A program made the translations under genes and the position numbers. Source: Phycisphaerae bacterium (GTDB lineage: Bacteria > Planctomycetota > Phycisphaerae > UBA1845 > Fen-1342). From it: DNA of 64,000 bases. Under the pieces are notes generated by a model. It was not told where the DNA came from, searched no databases, and saw only the letters and a list, made by a program, of their open reading frames with translations. The DNA lies in assembly GCA_050115495.1 (NCBI GenBank), contig JASFQK010000034.1:16083-80082 (forward strand), in the 5' to 3' direction. Shown here one piece after another: positions 54,996 to 64,000 of this stretch (position 1 is its first letter; the number at the start of each line of letters is the position of its first letter).

Positions 54996-57900
54996 ATGCT
55001 GGTCCCCATCTCAGCTCCCTGCGGCAGGTGGGCGCGGATGAGGTTGGCCGCATCCCACGGATCTGTCACTTCGAGAAATGTCCAGCGACCGAAGCCGCCG
55101 TGATTGTTGACGGCAGGCACCCAAAGCGTGCGGGCGGTCGAGACCTTGGCAGCCTTGTCCTTCTTCTGCTCCCCGGTGACCTCGATGATCAGGTTCAGCA
55201 GGTCACCAGGGCCCTGTCCATCCTCCACGTGGCACACAAAGTCCGGGACGTAATTCCTCTCCTCGCCGTTGATCGTGTAAGGGATCGTGAAGCCGAGGTT
55301 GTGGTTCTTCACGTAGCGAACGACCTCGGCCATGTCCTCCAGCGCCTGGGCGAGCTTCTGCTCCCACGATTCCGTGTCGGCGACGACGTGTGAGACGTGG
55401 CACTTGTCCGCCCTGGTCGTGTACACCGGGCGCGTCGTGTCGAAGTCGACGTAGCGCGTCGATCCCACCGTGTCGTACGGCCGCAGGATGGGCTTGAGGG
55501 CGGGAGTGCCGGGCTCGGCGCCCACGATCGCCTTGTAGATACGGTCAGCGGCGTCGTGGGCGAACTCGATCAGCAGCAGGAGCTGCGGAAAGGCCCGGTC
55601 CTTACAGGTCAGGCACGTCGCCAGCCACTCGCGCGTGATCTGCAGCAGTTGCGGGAACAGCCATTGCTTGGCGTTACCGTCGTCGTCGCGGAAATACTTC
55701 TCCAGAAGCAGCTTCGCGAGCAAAAAGGCGACCTCCTGGTCGCGGCGGCGCTTCAGATCGTCGAGCGTGTGGATGCTGCTTTCGCCGACGATCGGCGCGT
55801 TCTCGACCCGCGTCGGAATGTCGGCTGTGCTCAGCGCGAGTTTCGAGTCCTGCGTGAACGCGTATTTCAATCGCTCGCTGGTGACCTCGTAGCGGTACCC
55901 GGCCACGCGCGGGAAGGTGATTTCGCAGTCGATGCGCTCCTCGAGCGCCCGCACACGCGTCGGCAACGGACCCGGCGTGGGCTCCTTCGTCGATCCGCTG
56001 CACGGGATGAACGAGAACGGTACGCCGTAAACCTCGGCATACTCGGGTGGGAAGCCGGTGAACTCGGCCGTGTGATGCTGGTAGCTGATACGGATCGTTT
56101 CGGGGGCGTAGCTCATGCGACGCAATCCGCGCCCAACGACCTGTTCGCAAAGCAGTTGCGTTCCGAACGCCCGCACGCCGAGGATGTGCGTGACGGTGTT
56201 GGCGTCCCAGCCTTCCGTGAGCATCGAGACACTGACGACGCACTTGACGTGCTCGCCGAGCTTGCCCGGTTTGCCGACCGTGTTCATGACCTCGCGGAGC
56301 AGGTCCTCGTCGGTCAGATTGTCGGCGTCGCGGCCTGGGAACCGGGTTCGATACTCGTCCTTGAATTCCTCGATCTCGCGGGCGGCGATCTTCTTGAACG
56401 CGTCGCTCATTGCCTCGCCGGACTCGAGCTGCTCGCTGTCGACGAGGATCGTGTTCGGCCGCCGGAGCCAGCCGCCACGATCGTCGTCGTTGCGGAAGAT
56501 CGGCAGCGCGCCGGCCTGAACGACGGTCTGGTCACCGATCTTCTTCTCCCAGCCGGCGACGTAGTCGTACACGAGCTTGGAGACGTTCGTGTTGTTGCAG
56601 ACGACGATGAAGACGGGCGGCGTCAGGCCGCGGGCACGGGCCTCGGTGTTCTGCTCCCAGCGCTGGTAGGCCTTCTCATAGTTGCTGTAGAGGCTATGGA
56701 GCGCGCCCTGGAGCTCGGCCGGCAGCTTCGGTTCGCCGACGACGGCGGAGGTGCCGCGCCCTTTTCGCGGGAGGTCGTCGCGGATGCGGAGCCAAAGGTC
56801 GCGGTAGGTGGGCTGGTCGCCGGTCATCGAATCGTCCGCGACCGGGACGCGCGGGACCTTCACGATGCCGGACTCGATGGCGTCGATCAGCGAGAAGTCC
56901 GAGACGACCCAGGGGAACAACGTGCCCTCCGGGTAACCGGAGCCTCGGAGGAAGAACGGTGTGGCGGACAGGTCGTAGATCGCCTTCACGCCGATCTTGC
57001 GCTTCACCGCTTCGATGCCGTTGATCCAGATGCGAGCGTCTTCGTTACGTTTCTCTGCTTCCCGCCGATCTTCCTGACTGAGCTTCACGTCCTCACCGTC
57101 CGGGCGGCGGCGGTAGCAGTGATGCGCCTCGTCGTTGATAACGAGGATGTTCTTCTTGTTGCCGAGCCCGCGACAGACTCGGCGGACCATCTCGTCGGGC
57201 GTCTCGGTGAATCGAGTACCGTCGCCCTCGGACAGGATCGCCTTGGTGAGCTTGCCGGCGGCGACCTTCTCGCGAGCCTTGAAGGCGTGGTAGTTGGTGA
57301 TGAGGATCTTCGCCTGCGAGAGCTGGCTGAGCAGTTCCGGACTGAGCACGTCACGCTGGCGGTAGTAGTTGTCCGGGTCGCTCGGGAGTAGCACACGCAG
57401 CCGGTCGCGAATCGTGATGCCAGGCGTGACGATCAGGAACGTGTCCGAGAAGCGGGCGTCCTGGGCGTTTGCGAACTTGTTCAGGGCCTGCCACGCCATC
57501 AACATGGCCATTACGACCGTCTTACCCGCGCCCGTAGCGAGCTTCAGCGCCAGCCGCGGCAGGCCGGGGTTGGCCTGGTCGTTGGCGTCGCGCAGGTCGT
57601 TCTCGATCCACGAGTCGCCGTATTTCCGGGCAACCTCGGTGATGTAGATCGCCGTCTCGACGGCCTCGATTTGGCAGAAGAACAGCTTCCGCTCGCGATC
57701 CGGCCGGGTCCAGTGGGCGAGCAGGCGCTTCGTCGTCGAGGTCACGCCGACGTGGCCGCCATCACGCCACAGCCCCACTCGCTGGCGGACTCGGTTGACC
57801 GCTTTGTTCTCCTCGACGCGATCCTGTGTCCACTCGGTGTCAAAGATGAGCTGCTTGCCGCGTTTCCGGGGCTTGGCGATCGGGATGAAGTAGGCACTGC

Positions 57901-58015
57901 TGCGGCGTTCGCCCACGACGACGTTCGTGATTCCTTCGTCGTCGAACCGGAAGTGACGACCAGGTTCCGCGAAGGGCGAGTTCAGAACTGGGTTTTCGAT
58001 TACGACCTGAGCCAT
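54992..58015 (-). CDS. res: Type III restriction endonuclease/helicase subunit (Res)
   Basis: FFCQIEAVET, LATGAGKT, INDEAHH, DLSATP, MLTEGWD, EQVVGRGLRR, C-terminal YVPDF...IIEVTG. Confidence 0.9.
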   Translation of the reverse strand: MAQVVIENPVLNSPFAEPGRHFRFDDEGITNVVVGERRSSAYFIPIAKPRKRGKQLIFDTEWTQDRVEENKAVNRVRQRVGLWRDGGHVGVTSTTKRLLAHWTRPDRERKLFFCQIEAVETAIYITEVARKYGDSWIENDLRDANDQANPGLPRLALKLATGAGKTVVMAMLMAWQALNKFANAQDARFSDTFLIVTPGITIRDRLRVLLPSDPDNYYRQRDVLSPELLSQLSQAKILITNYHAFKAREKVAAGKLTKAILSEGDGTRFTETPDEMVRRVCRGLGNKKNILVINDEAHHCYRRRPDGEDVKLSQEDRREAEKRNEDARIWINGIEAVKRKIGVKAIYDLSATPFFLRGSGYPEGTLFPWVVSDFSLIDAIESGIVKVPRVPVADDSMTGDQPTYRDLWLRIRDDLPRKGRGTSAVVGEPKLPAELQGALHSLYSNYEKAYQRWEQNTEARARGLTPPVFIVVCNNTNVSKLVYDYVAGWEKKIGDQTVVQAGALPIFRNDDDRGGWLRRPNTILVDSEQLESGEAMSDAFKKIAAREIEEFKDEYRTRFPGRDADNLTDEDLLREVMNTVGKPGKLGEHVKCVVSVSMLTEGWDANTVTHILGVRAFGTQLLCEQVVGRGLRRMSYAPETIRISYQHHTAEFTGFPPEYAEVYGVPFSFIPCSGSTKEPTPGPLPTRVRALEERIDCEITFPRVAGYRYEVTSERLKYAFTQDSKLALSTADIPTRVENAPIVGESSIHTLDDLKRRRDQEVAFLLAKLLLEKYFRDDDGNAKQWLFPQLLQITREWLATCLTCKDRAFPQLLLLIEFAHDAADRIYKAIVGAEPGTPALKPILRPYDTVGSTRYVDFDTTRPVYTTRADKCHVSHVVADTESWEQKLAQALEDMAEVVRYVKNHNLGFTIPYTINGEERNYVPDFVCHVEDGQGPGDLLNLIIEVTGEQKKDKAAKVSTARTLWVPAVNNHGGFGRWTFLEVTDPWDAANLIRAHLPQGAEMGTSI

Positions 58016-58276
58016 TCGGTGCGTTCCCCGGGCACGTAACGAGCGCTCCAGATCTGGGCTCTAACTGAGAGAAACCGAACGCGAGCCTCCAGCCGCACGC
58101 TCAACCCACCCGTCCTTGGTCAACGGGCTGTTATTCGAACACACTCAGAAACGAGACCTGCGGCCGAGAATACGCCGCCGGAGGAATGAGGGCAAGGTGC
58201 CGATGCCCGCCGAAGACGACGACCCGGCCGCTCGATGCGTCGGGACTGCGCACGCCGGCGAATCCGAAGGATCGAG

Positions 58277-58319
58277 AAAAAAAAACGCCCTTGCGGCCGG
58301 TGGATCGGCTCGCTATAGT
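58277..58319 (+). promoter_or_regulatory. Candidate sigma70 promoter for the Rhs gene with an A-tract UP element
   Basis: A9 tract, then TTGCGG-17 nt-TATAGT. Confidence 0.5.
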
Positions 58320-58656
58320 CCCCGTCGAAGTCTGGGAAGTGGGGCACGGGGAGCCCAGCAGCGTAGTAACGTGGGGGGGCGCGGTGCGTGCCGGTGCATG
58401 TATCCGCGGCACCAGTGAGGCATGACGCGCTGGCGTCGTTGGCTCGGCCCCGTCGGGTTCCCGAGCAGCGGCTTTGGTTGGCGTGCAGGTGGTTTGGGGC
58501 CTCGTGTGGGGCAATCCAAGAGGAACTGCGAACGTCGGAGCCGAGCGCAAGCTGTGCGTGAGCGCGATGCGATGTCGTGTGCACGGTCTGCTGGGACCCG
58601 CATTGCGGCCGGCTCGATCCGGTTGGGGCGAAGATGATCGGCAAAGGAGAGATTCC

Positions 58657-61600
58657 ATGCACTCGATCTTGAAGGCTCGTATGGTGCGGTGGCTGGGTTT
58701 CGGTCGCGGACATGGCGTGGCGGTGCTGCTAGCGCTGTCCGGCTGGCTGGTTGGCGTGCCGCTGCTGTGGACGGGGCTATTCGGTCCGCTGTCGAGCATC
58801 CCGACGGAGGCTCAGGCCAGCGCCCTCATGCCAAGCCCTCCCGACTGCGAACCACCAGACGGTTATGCGCTGTTCCCTGACTTGCCGCCCTTCTGCCCAC
58901 CGGCCTGCGATGGCGGTACGTACGACCCGGGGGACCCGATCGGTGGCACTCTGAAGTACTGCGAGAACGCGAGCTGTTGCGCGACAAAATTCTGTCCCAC
59001 CTACCCCCCTGGGCTCGAGCGAATTCCGATCTGCCTTGGCTCGTTCGCCAGCTTCGAGGCCACCGGAGCAGATACCGATGACTGTACTCCTCCCAGCGAC
59101 CAGCAGATTGCGGTTGTGGATGCGATCGACTACTGGCTTCGAGCAAACGATTCCAACGGTGTGCTGGCGCCGATCACGCCGCCCTGCCTCTGCAATCACA
59201 ACCCCGAGAGCATGGTTTACTTTCTGAGGCAATGCTACCAGGTGGTCAGTACAGGTGAGTTCGAGATTTTCCTCACGATCGATGACGCAGGGTATTGTGG
59301 CTTGGACGCCGATGATGGATGGCTGGACCTGACGCTCCAGTGCGAAGTCCCTTGCCCTGAGATCTCCGTCGGGCTCTCGAAAGACATTATGTGCCCCGGC
59401 GAGAGCATCACGGCCGCGGTGACCTTCACGTACCCGGACGGCCCGAGCTGGGACTGCCCTTGTGTCACGGGCGTCAAGGTCGAATGGTGGGCGGAGACAG
59501 AAGGCGGCCGACGGCTGAACGAAGAAACTGAAATCAAGTTCTTGCCGGTCGATCCGAACGTGCCCGATGACTTCTGCACGCGCAGGATTCTCGCCACGGG
59601 GGGCTTCGCGGGGAAGGTGTGGATCTGTGCCCAGGTCGGCGAATGCGAGGAGGACAGGGCGCCTCTAACGATCGGTTGCGAGAGTTGCGGTGCCGGGGGA
59701 TGTGCGCCCGGGGCGATTCAGGCGGAGGTTGCTTCGTTGGATGTGGCTTTTCCGTTGGGCCACGGCACGGACGGCATGTCGGCCGGCCGGCTGTGGATCC
59801 ACGCTGAGGAGCCCGACAGCATGCTAGCGACGCCGGCCGCGCTGCACTACAACATCGAGGACGATCTGCGCGACGATATCACTGTCACTCGCGATTCGGG
59901 CTCGGGAGTCTTGCAGACCATCTCTGCTCCCGAAGTCTTCGTTACTATCGTGAGTCCGGTTGGCCAGTCGTATCAGATTGAGTTTGACCCCGTGGGCAGT
60001 GTTGCTCCGAAGGTTACCTGGGAGATCGCGGAGGGGCCGACCAGTACCGATCTCACAATAACGAAGACAATCGGCCAAGAAGTGGTAGAGACTTATACGT
60101 ACTACGGCACGCAAGGGACCCGGAACTGGACGCTCACAAGAGAGGAAGGCACGGCCACGTTGGTGCAGACTGAGGCAGTTGCCTGGACTGCCGAAACCGG
60201 CGGCCTGATGCGCGAATACACCATCGCAGATGCCAGTTCGAACGAGATCTACCGCGTGGAGGAGTTCTATCCGGATGCGCTGGACAACGAAGTCTGGACC
60301 GCGCGGACGGTGGACCCAAGTGGGGCGGCGCTGGTCACTACGCGGACCTTCTACACCACGGGGAACTACGAGGGCTACCTCGAGTCGCAGGTGAATCCCG
60401 ACGGGTCCTGGGAGTGGTACGTCTACGGCGAGCAGGGCGGCGGGCATACGGTTACGGTCTATCGCCCGTGGCTGGATGAGACGCCGCCCGGCAGCGCGCC
60501 GAGCGGCACGCCCAGCGACAAGTGCACGAGCATCACGCAGTACGACACCATGGGGCACGTAACGCTGCGTGAGGAATACGCGGATGGCGTGCTCGTCAGC
60601 AAGGCGGAGTACACCTACAGCTATGACGCCTACGGTTGGCTTACGCAGCGGACCGAGAGTCGCCACGGCGATGGCAACTACTGCCTCGATACCGTAACGA
60701 CCTACGATGACGAGGAACCTGAGAAGGAGCGGCCGAAGCTGGTCGAACATCCGGACGGCACCATTACGCACTACGACTACACGCCCGCCGCACTGACGGG
60801 GTGGCCCAGCAATCCAACGTACACCACGAACCCTTCCGGCCCCTATCCCTGCACATGGGTCACGCGTTGCCGAAGCCTGGACGGTGATAGTCCGGTCGGA
60901 GAACCCAACCTGTCGACCGGGGAGATCACAATCACGGACGTAAATGGCCGGACGCTCCTGCGGGATTCCCTGGTCTACGCCGGCGGCGGCTGGGCCGTCA
61001 TCGGCCGCACCACTTACGAGTACGACGAACTGGGCCGGGTGGAGTACGTCCACCGACTCGATCCCTACGACAACTCTGCCCTCGGCAGTACGTACACAGA
61101 GTGGGACGACTGCTGCGGCGGTCGCCACGTCACGGATGAGACGGGCGTAACCACGCACTACGAGTACGACATCCTGGGACGGCCGACAGAGGTTTGGAAA
61201 GAGAACCTGAAGGGCACCGGCTACGCCACGCCGGATGACGTGTACACCGTCTACACGTACGGCTTCGCCAACGGGTACCGCTTCGCGCGAACCGCGGTTC
61301 AGGATCTCGAACAGAGCCCGACTGTCCGCACCGCCAGCGAGCGTAAGTACGACCTCGCTGGCCGCTTGCTGAGCGACAAGACGCTCGACCTCAACCTGAA
61401 TCTGGTGTACGAGACGACGTACAGCTACCAGACAGCAGGCGGCGGCGGTCGCCTGGTCACCGTGACTCGGCCGGATCTGGCTACGGAGATCACTGAATAC
61501 TACCGCGACGGACGTAGCAAGAGCGTGAGCGGTACCGGCACGGTGTCGCGCGCGCAGCACTATGCTGCATTGGCGGGCGGCGTGCAGCAAACGTGGACAC

Positions 61601-64000
61601 TTACAGGTACCGCCAACCCGCTCGTGTACGAGTCCTGGCTCCGCCGAGGCATTACCAGCTACGACATGCTCGGCCGCACCGTGGAGGAGGTTCGTCCGGC
61701 CTATCCGAGCGACGAACTTACCACTGAATACACGTACTACGGGGATAGCGGAACGGGCGCCGGCCAACTTCAGCAGGTGGTCACCAAATACGACGGCGAC
61801 GCGGTCCAGGCCCCGACGGTCTACGAGTACGACGTAATGGGCAACCTGGCCCGCAGCGGTCTGGATGTCGATGGCGGCGGCCTCGATGAGGATGATTCGG
61901 AGTCGACCGATCGCATTACCGAGACGCAAACGACGTACCAGAATACTGGTGGCGTCGGCTGGTGGCGTATCACCAAAACGTGGGTATACGACGACGATGT
62001 CGAGTCCTCCGACCTTCCCCACACGATGCCCCTCAGCAAGCGATCTGAGCGCCTGACCGGGTTCTCGACGGGCGAGATCCGGGAAACCAAGCACTACGAC
62101 GCCCACAACGACGTGACCTCGTCGCTGACGGTAGTCGGCGGGACCCCGCTTGCTGTCACCGAGACCGTTGATTCCCCGGAATCCTCCGAGGACGCAGTCC
62201 GCGTGACGGTCAACGGCCTGCTCGTCTCGTCCACTACGCCGACCGGCGTCACGTTCACGTACGAATACGACGGCATCGGTCGCCAAACGGCCGTCATCGA
62301 CGGTCGCGAGAACACGACCACGACGCACTACAACGACGCCGGCCAGGTCGACTGGGTCGAGGACGAAGACGGGAACCGCACGACGTACACCTACTACGCC
62401 GACGATGAACAGGGTGCCGGACAGGTCTACTCGGTCCAGAACGCCGCCCTGAACAAGACCTACTACGCCTACACGCCGCGCGGCGAGGTGTACCACGTGT
62501 GGGGCGATGTGCCGCAGCCGGTCGAGTACGGCTACGACGGCTTCGGCCAGCGGGTCACGATGACGACCTATCGCGGTGCTGCCGCGTGGGATGGAAGCAC
62601 GTGGCCGGCAGCCTCCAGCGACGACACCACGGAATGGACCTACGACCCGGCCACCGGCCTGCTCACCGAGAAGGAGTACGCCGATGATGAGGCCGTCACG
62701 TACACGTATACGACCGACGGCAAGCTCAAGAGCCGCACCTGGGCCCGCGGCGTCGTGACGGGCTACGGTTACACGCTGGCCGGCGACATGGCCGGTATCG
62801 ACTACAACTGCGCCGACCCCGACGATCCCGACTTCGACATCGCCTTCGACCACGACCGGCGCGGCCGAGTGGTCGAGGTGACCGATGCGGGCGACGGCAC
62901 GGACCACGCGTTGGACTACTCTGGATGGCCTGACTGCGTTACGGAGACGATCAGCGGCGGGCCGTTCAGCCGGTCGTTCGCGATCACGCGCGAGTCGGCC
63001 ACCTACATGAGCCAGCTCTCGGGGCTCTACGTCGGCACGTCCCCCATCGAGTACGCCGCCGTCTACGGCTACGATAGTGCCGGTCGGCTGAACTGCGTAA
63101 CCGGTCCCGGTCTGCCGACCGCCGGCAGTCCATACGGTGCCTGGTACACCTATCATTCCGGAAGCGACTTGGTCCACGAGACGCAGTTCAAGGACTCGGG
63201 CGCTATCCTGGCCAAGACCGTGCACACCTACGAGGACGACCGCGACCTGGTCGATTCCGTCGAGAACATCTGGAACGTTGGCACGCCGGTCACCATCTCC
63301 AAGTACGCCTACACGAACAACGAACTCGGCCTGCGGGAGACGATCGATCACACCGGCGTCGCTTTTGGCTCACCGGATCCGGCGATATCGCAGTCCCTCA
63401 CGTATAATCCGCGCAACGAGCTGGAGAGCTCGGCGCGTTCCGATAATACGGACCTGGACCGGGCGTACACGTACGACCCGATCGGCAACCGGATCGACCT
63501 GGACGAAGGCACCACGCCGGTGACCACGGAGTACACGGCCAACGAGGTGAACCAGTACGAGCAGATGTACCGCGTGGGTACCGGGGCACCGTCGGTGCAG
63601 AAGTCCAGCTATGATGAGGACGGGAACCTCGTCCAGGCGTACCTGGTCGGCGACGTCAGCGGCGACGGGTTGTTCAACGGCTTCGACATCGCGCCCTTCA
63701 TCTACGCCGCCACGCACGAGCAGGTCGATTTCGAGTCCACCTACCCCGACGGCTGCTACTTGTGCGGCGACATCACCGGCGACGGCTCGGTGAACAACTT
63801 CGACATCAACCCCTTCACGAGCCTGCAGAGCTCCGGGTCGACGGCCGTCGCCTACGAGTGGGACGCCGAGAATCGGCTGGTGGCGGTGACGCCGGTGGCC
63901 CCGACGACCGGCAACCAGAAGGTGCTGTTCAAATACGACTATCTCGGTCGCCGAATCGAGAAGGCGGTGTATGATTGGGATAGCGGCGGCAGTGCCTGGG
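58657..64000 (+). CDS. Secreted Rhs/YD-repeat protein (>1780 aa, 3'-truncated) with Cys-rich N-terminus and an inserted dockerin-like domain
   Basis: AAAGGAG RBS, MHSILKARMVRW...signal peptide ending AQA. Frame 1 appears open to the window end (spot-checked; no stop-terminated ORF in this frame in the track). YDELGRV, YDILGRP, YDLAGRL, YDGIGRQ, YDPIGNR, YEWDAENRL, YDYLGRR. Confidence 0.9.
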   Translation, partial: MHSILKARMVRWLGFGRGHGVAVLLALSGWLVGVPLLWTGLFGPLSSIPTEAQASALMPSPPDCEPPDGYALFPDLPPFCPPACDGGTYDPGDPIGGTLKYCENASCCATKFCPTYPPGLERIPICLGSFASFEATGADTDDCTPPSDQQIAVVDAIDYWLRANDSNGVLAPITPPCLCNHNPESMVYFLRQCYQVVSTGEFEIFLTIDDAGYCGLDADDGWLDLTLQCEVPCPEISVGLSKDIMCPGESITAAVTFTYPDGPSWDCPCVTGVKVEWWAETEGGRRLNEETEIKFLPVDPNVPDDFCTRRILATGGFAGKVWICAQVGECEEDRAPLTIGCESCGAGGCAPGAIQAEVASLDVAFPLGHGTDGMSAGRLWIHAEEPDSMLATPAALHYNIEDDLRDDITVTRDSGSGVLQTISAPEVFVTIVSPVGQSYQIEFDPVGSVAPKVTWEIAEGPTSTDLTITKTIGQEVVETYTYYGTQGTRNWTLTREEGTATLVQTEAVAWTAETGGLMREYTIADASSNEIYRVEEFYPDALDNEVWTARTVDPSGAALVTTRTFYTTGNYEGYLESQVNPDGSWEWYVYGEQGGGHTVTVYRPWLDETPPGSAPSGTPSDKCTSITQYDTMGHVTLREEYADGVLVSKAEYTYSYDAYGWLTQRTESRHGDGNYCLDTVTTYDDEEPEKERPKLVEHPDGTITHYDYTPAALTGWPSNPTYTTNPSGPYPCTWVTRCRSLDGDSPVGEPNLSTGEITITDVNGRTLLRDSLVYAGGGWAVIGRTTYEYDELGRVEYVHRLDPYDNSALGSTYTEWDDCCGGRHVTDETGVTTHYEYDILGRPTEVWKENLKGTGYATPDDVYTVYTYGFANGYRFARTAVQDLEQSPTVRTASERKYDLAGRLLSDKTLDLNLNLVYETTYSYQTAGGGGRLVTVTRPDLATEITEYYRDGRSKSVSGTGTVSRAQHYAALAGGVQQTWTLTGTANPLVYESWLRRGITSYDMLGRTVEEVRPAYPSDELTTEYTYYGDSGTGAGQLQQVVTKYDGDAVQAPTVYEYDVMGNLARSGLDVDGGGLDEDDSESTDRITETQTTYQNTGGVGWWRITKTWVYDDDVESSDLPHTMPLSKRSERLTGFSTGEIRETKHYDAHNDVTSSLTVVGGTPLAVTETVDSPESSEDAVRVTVNGLLVSSTTPTGVTFTYEYDGIGRQTAVIDGRENTTTTHYNDAGQVDWVEDEDGNRTTYTYYADDEQGAGQVYSVQNAALNKTYYAYTPRGEVYHVWGDVPQPVEYGYDGFGQRVTMTTYRGAAAWDGSTWPAASSDDTTEWTYDPATGLLTEKEYADDEAVTYTYTTDGKLKSRTWARGVVTGYGYTLAGDMAGIDYNCADPDDPDFDIAFDHDRRGRVVEVTDAGDGTDHALDYSGWPDCVTETISGGPFSRSFAITRESATYMSQLSGLYVGTSPIEYAAVYGYDSAGRLNCVTGPGLPTAGSPYGAWYTYHSGSDLVHETQFKDSGAILAKTVHTYEDDRDLVDSVENIWNVGTPVTISKYAYTNNELGLRETIDHTGVAFGSPDPAISQSLTYNPRNELESSARSDNTDLDRAYTYDPIGNRIDLDEGTTPVTTEYTANEVNQYEQMYRVGTGAPSVQKSSYDEDGNLVQAYLVGDVSGDGLFNGFDIAPFIYAATHEQVDFESTYPDGCYLCGDITGDGSVNNFDINPFTSLQSSGSTAVAYEWDAENRLVAVTPVAPTTGNQKVLFKYDYLGRRIEKAVYDWDSGGSAW

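Noticed and set aside
58277..58285. A9 homopolymer as a phase-variation tract
   Set aside because: Lies upstream of the -35 box rather than in the spacer or CDS. Better explained as an UP element.
58016..58650. attR (direct repeat of the tRNA-Arg 3' end)
   Set aside because: Only a weak CCGGGCACG similarity near 58028 was seen by eye. No convincing repeat, so the boundary is probably outside the window or degenerate.
59824..63351. 1175-aa minus-strand ORF
   Set aside because: Antisense shadow of the plus-strand Rhs/YD gene.

Overview
High-GC bacterial DNA, most likely Planctomycetota/Phycisphaerae (inferred from DUF1580-type genes, dockerin-like GDxxxDGxVxxFDIxPF motifs and large secreted acidic proteins). 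1-6.4 kb: two host surface or secreted proteins (a beta-helix/dockerin-like protein, and a large M6-type metalloprotease with PKD and thrombospondin type-3 repeats). At tRNA-Arg(TCT) (6792-6865) a tyrosine integrase begins an apparently complete ~44 kb siphovirus-like prophage. Its modules are early, recombination (RecE-like/AAA_24/DUF669/RusA), replication (helicase, primase-DUF3987, iteron-rich AT origin candidate), methylases, terminase, lambda-type portal, protease-capsid fusion, tail, and a lysis-like cassette. The prophage ParB-DNA methyltransferase is split one codon after its DPPY motif by a full-length group II intron (24943-27390) encoding RT-maturase-HNH. A HEPN-motif moron, a structured leader and an atypical CAT-anticodon tRNA sit just upstream of the head genes. 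To the right lie a type III R-M operon with an AIPR gene between res and mod, and a Sec-signal Rhs/YD protein (absent from the ORF track, runs off the window) with a dockerin-like domain inserted in its YD shell. No attR, CI-type repressor, endolysin or CRISPR array could be identified. All family calls come from motif recognition by eye, not database searches.
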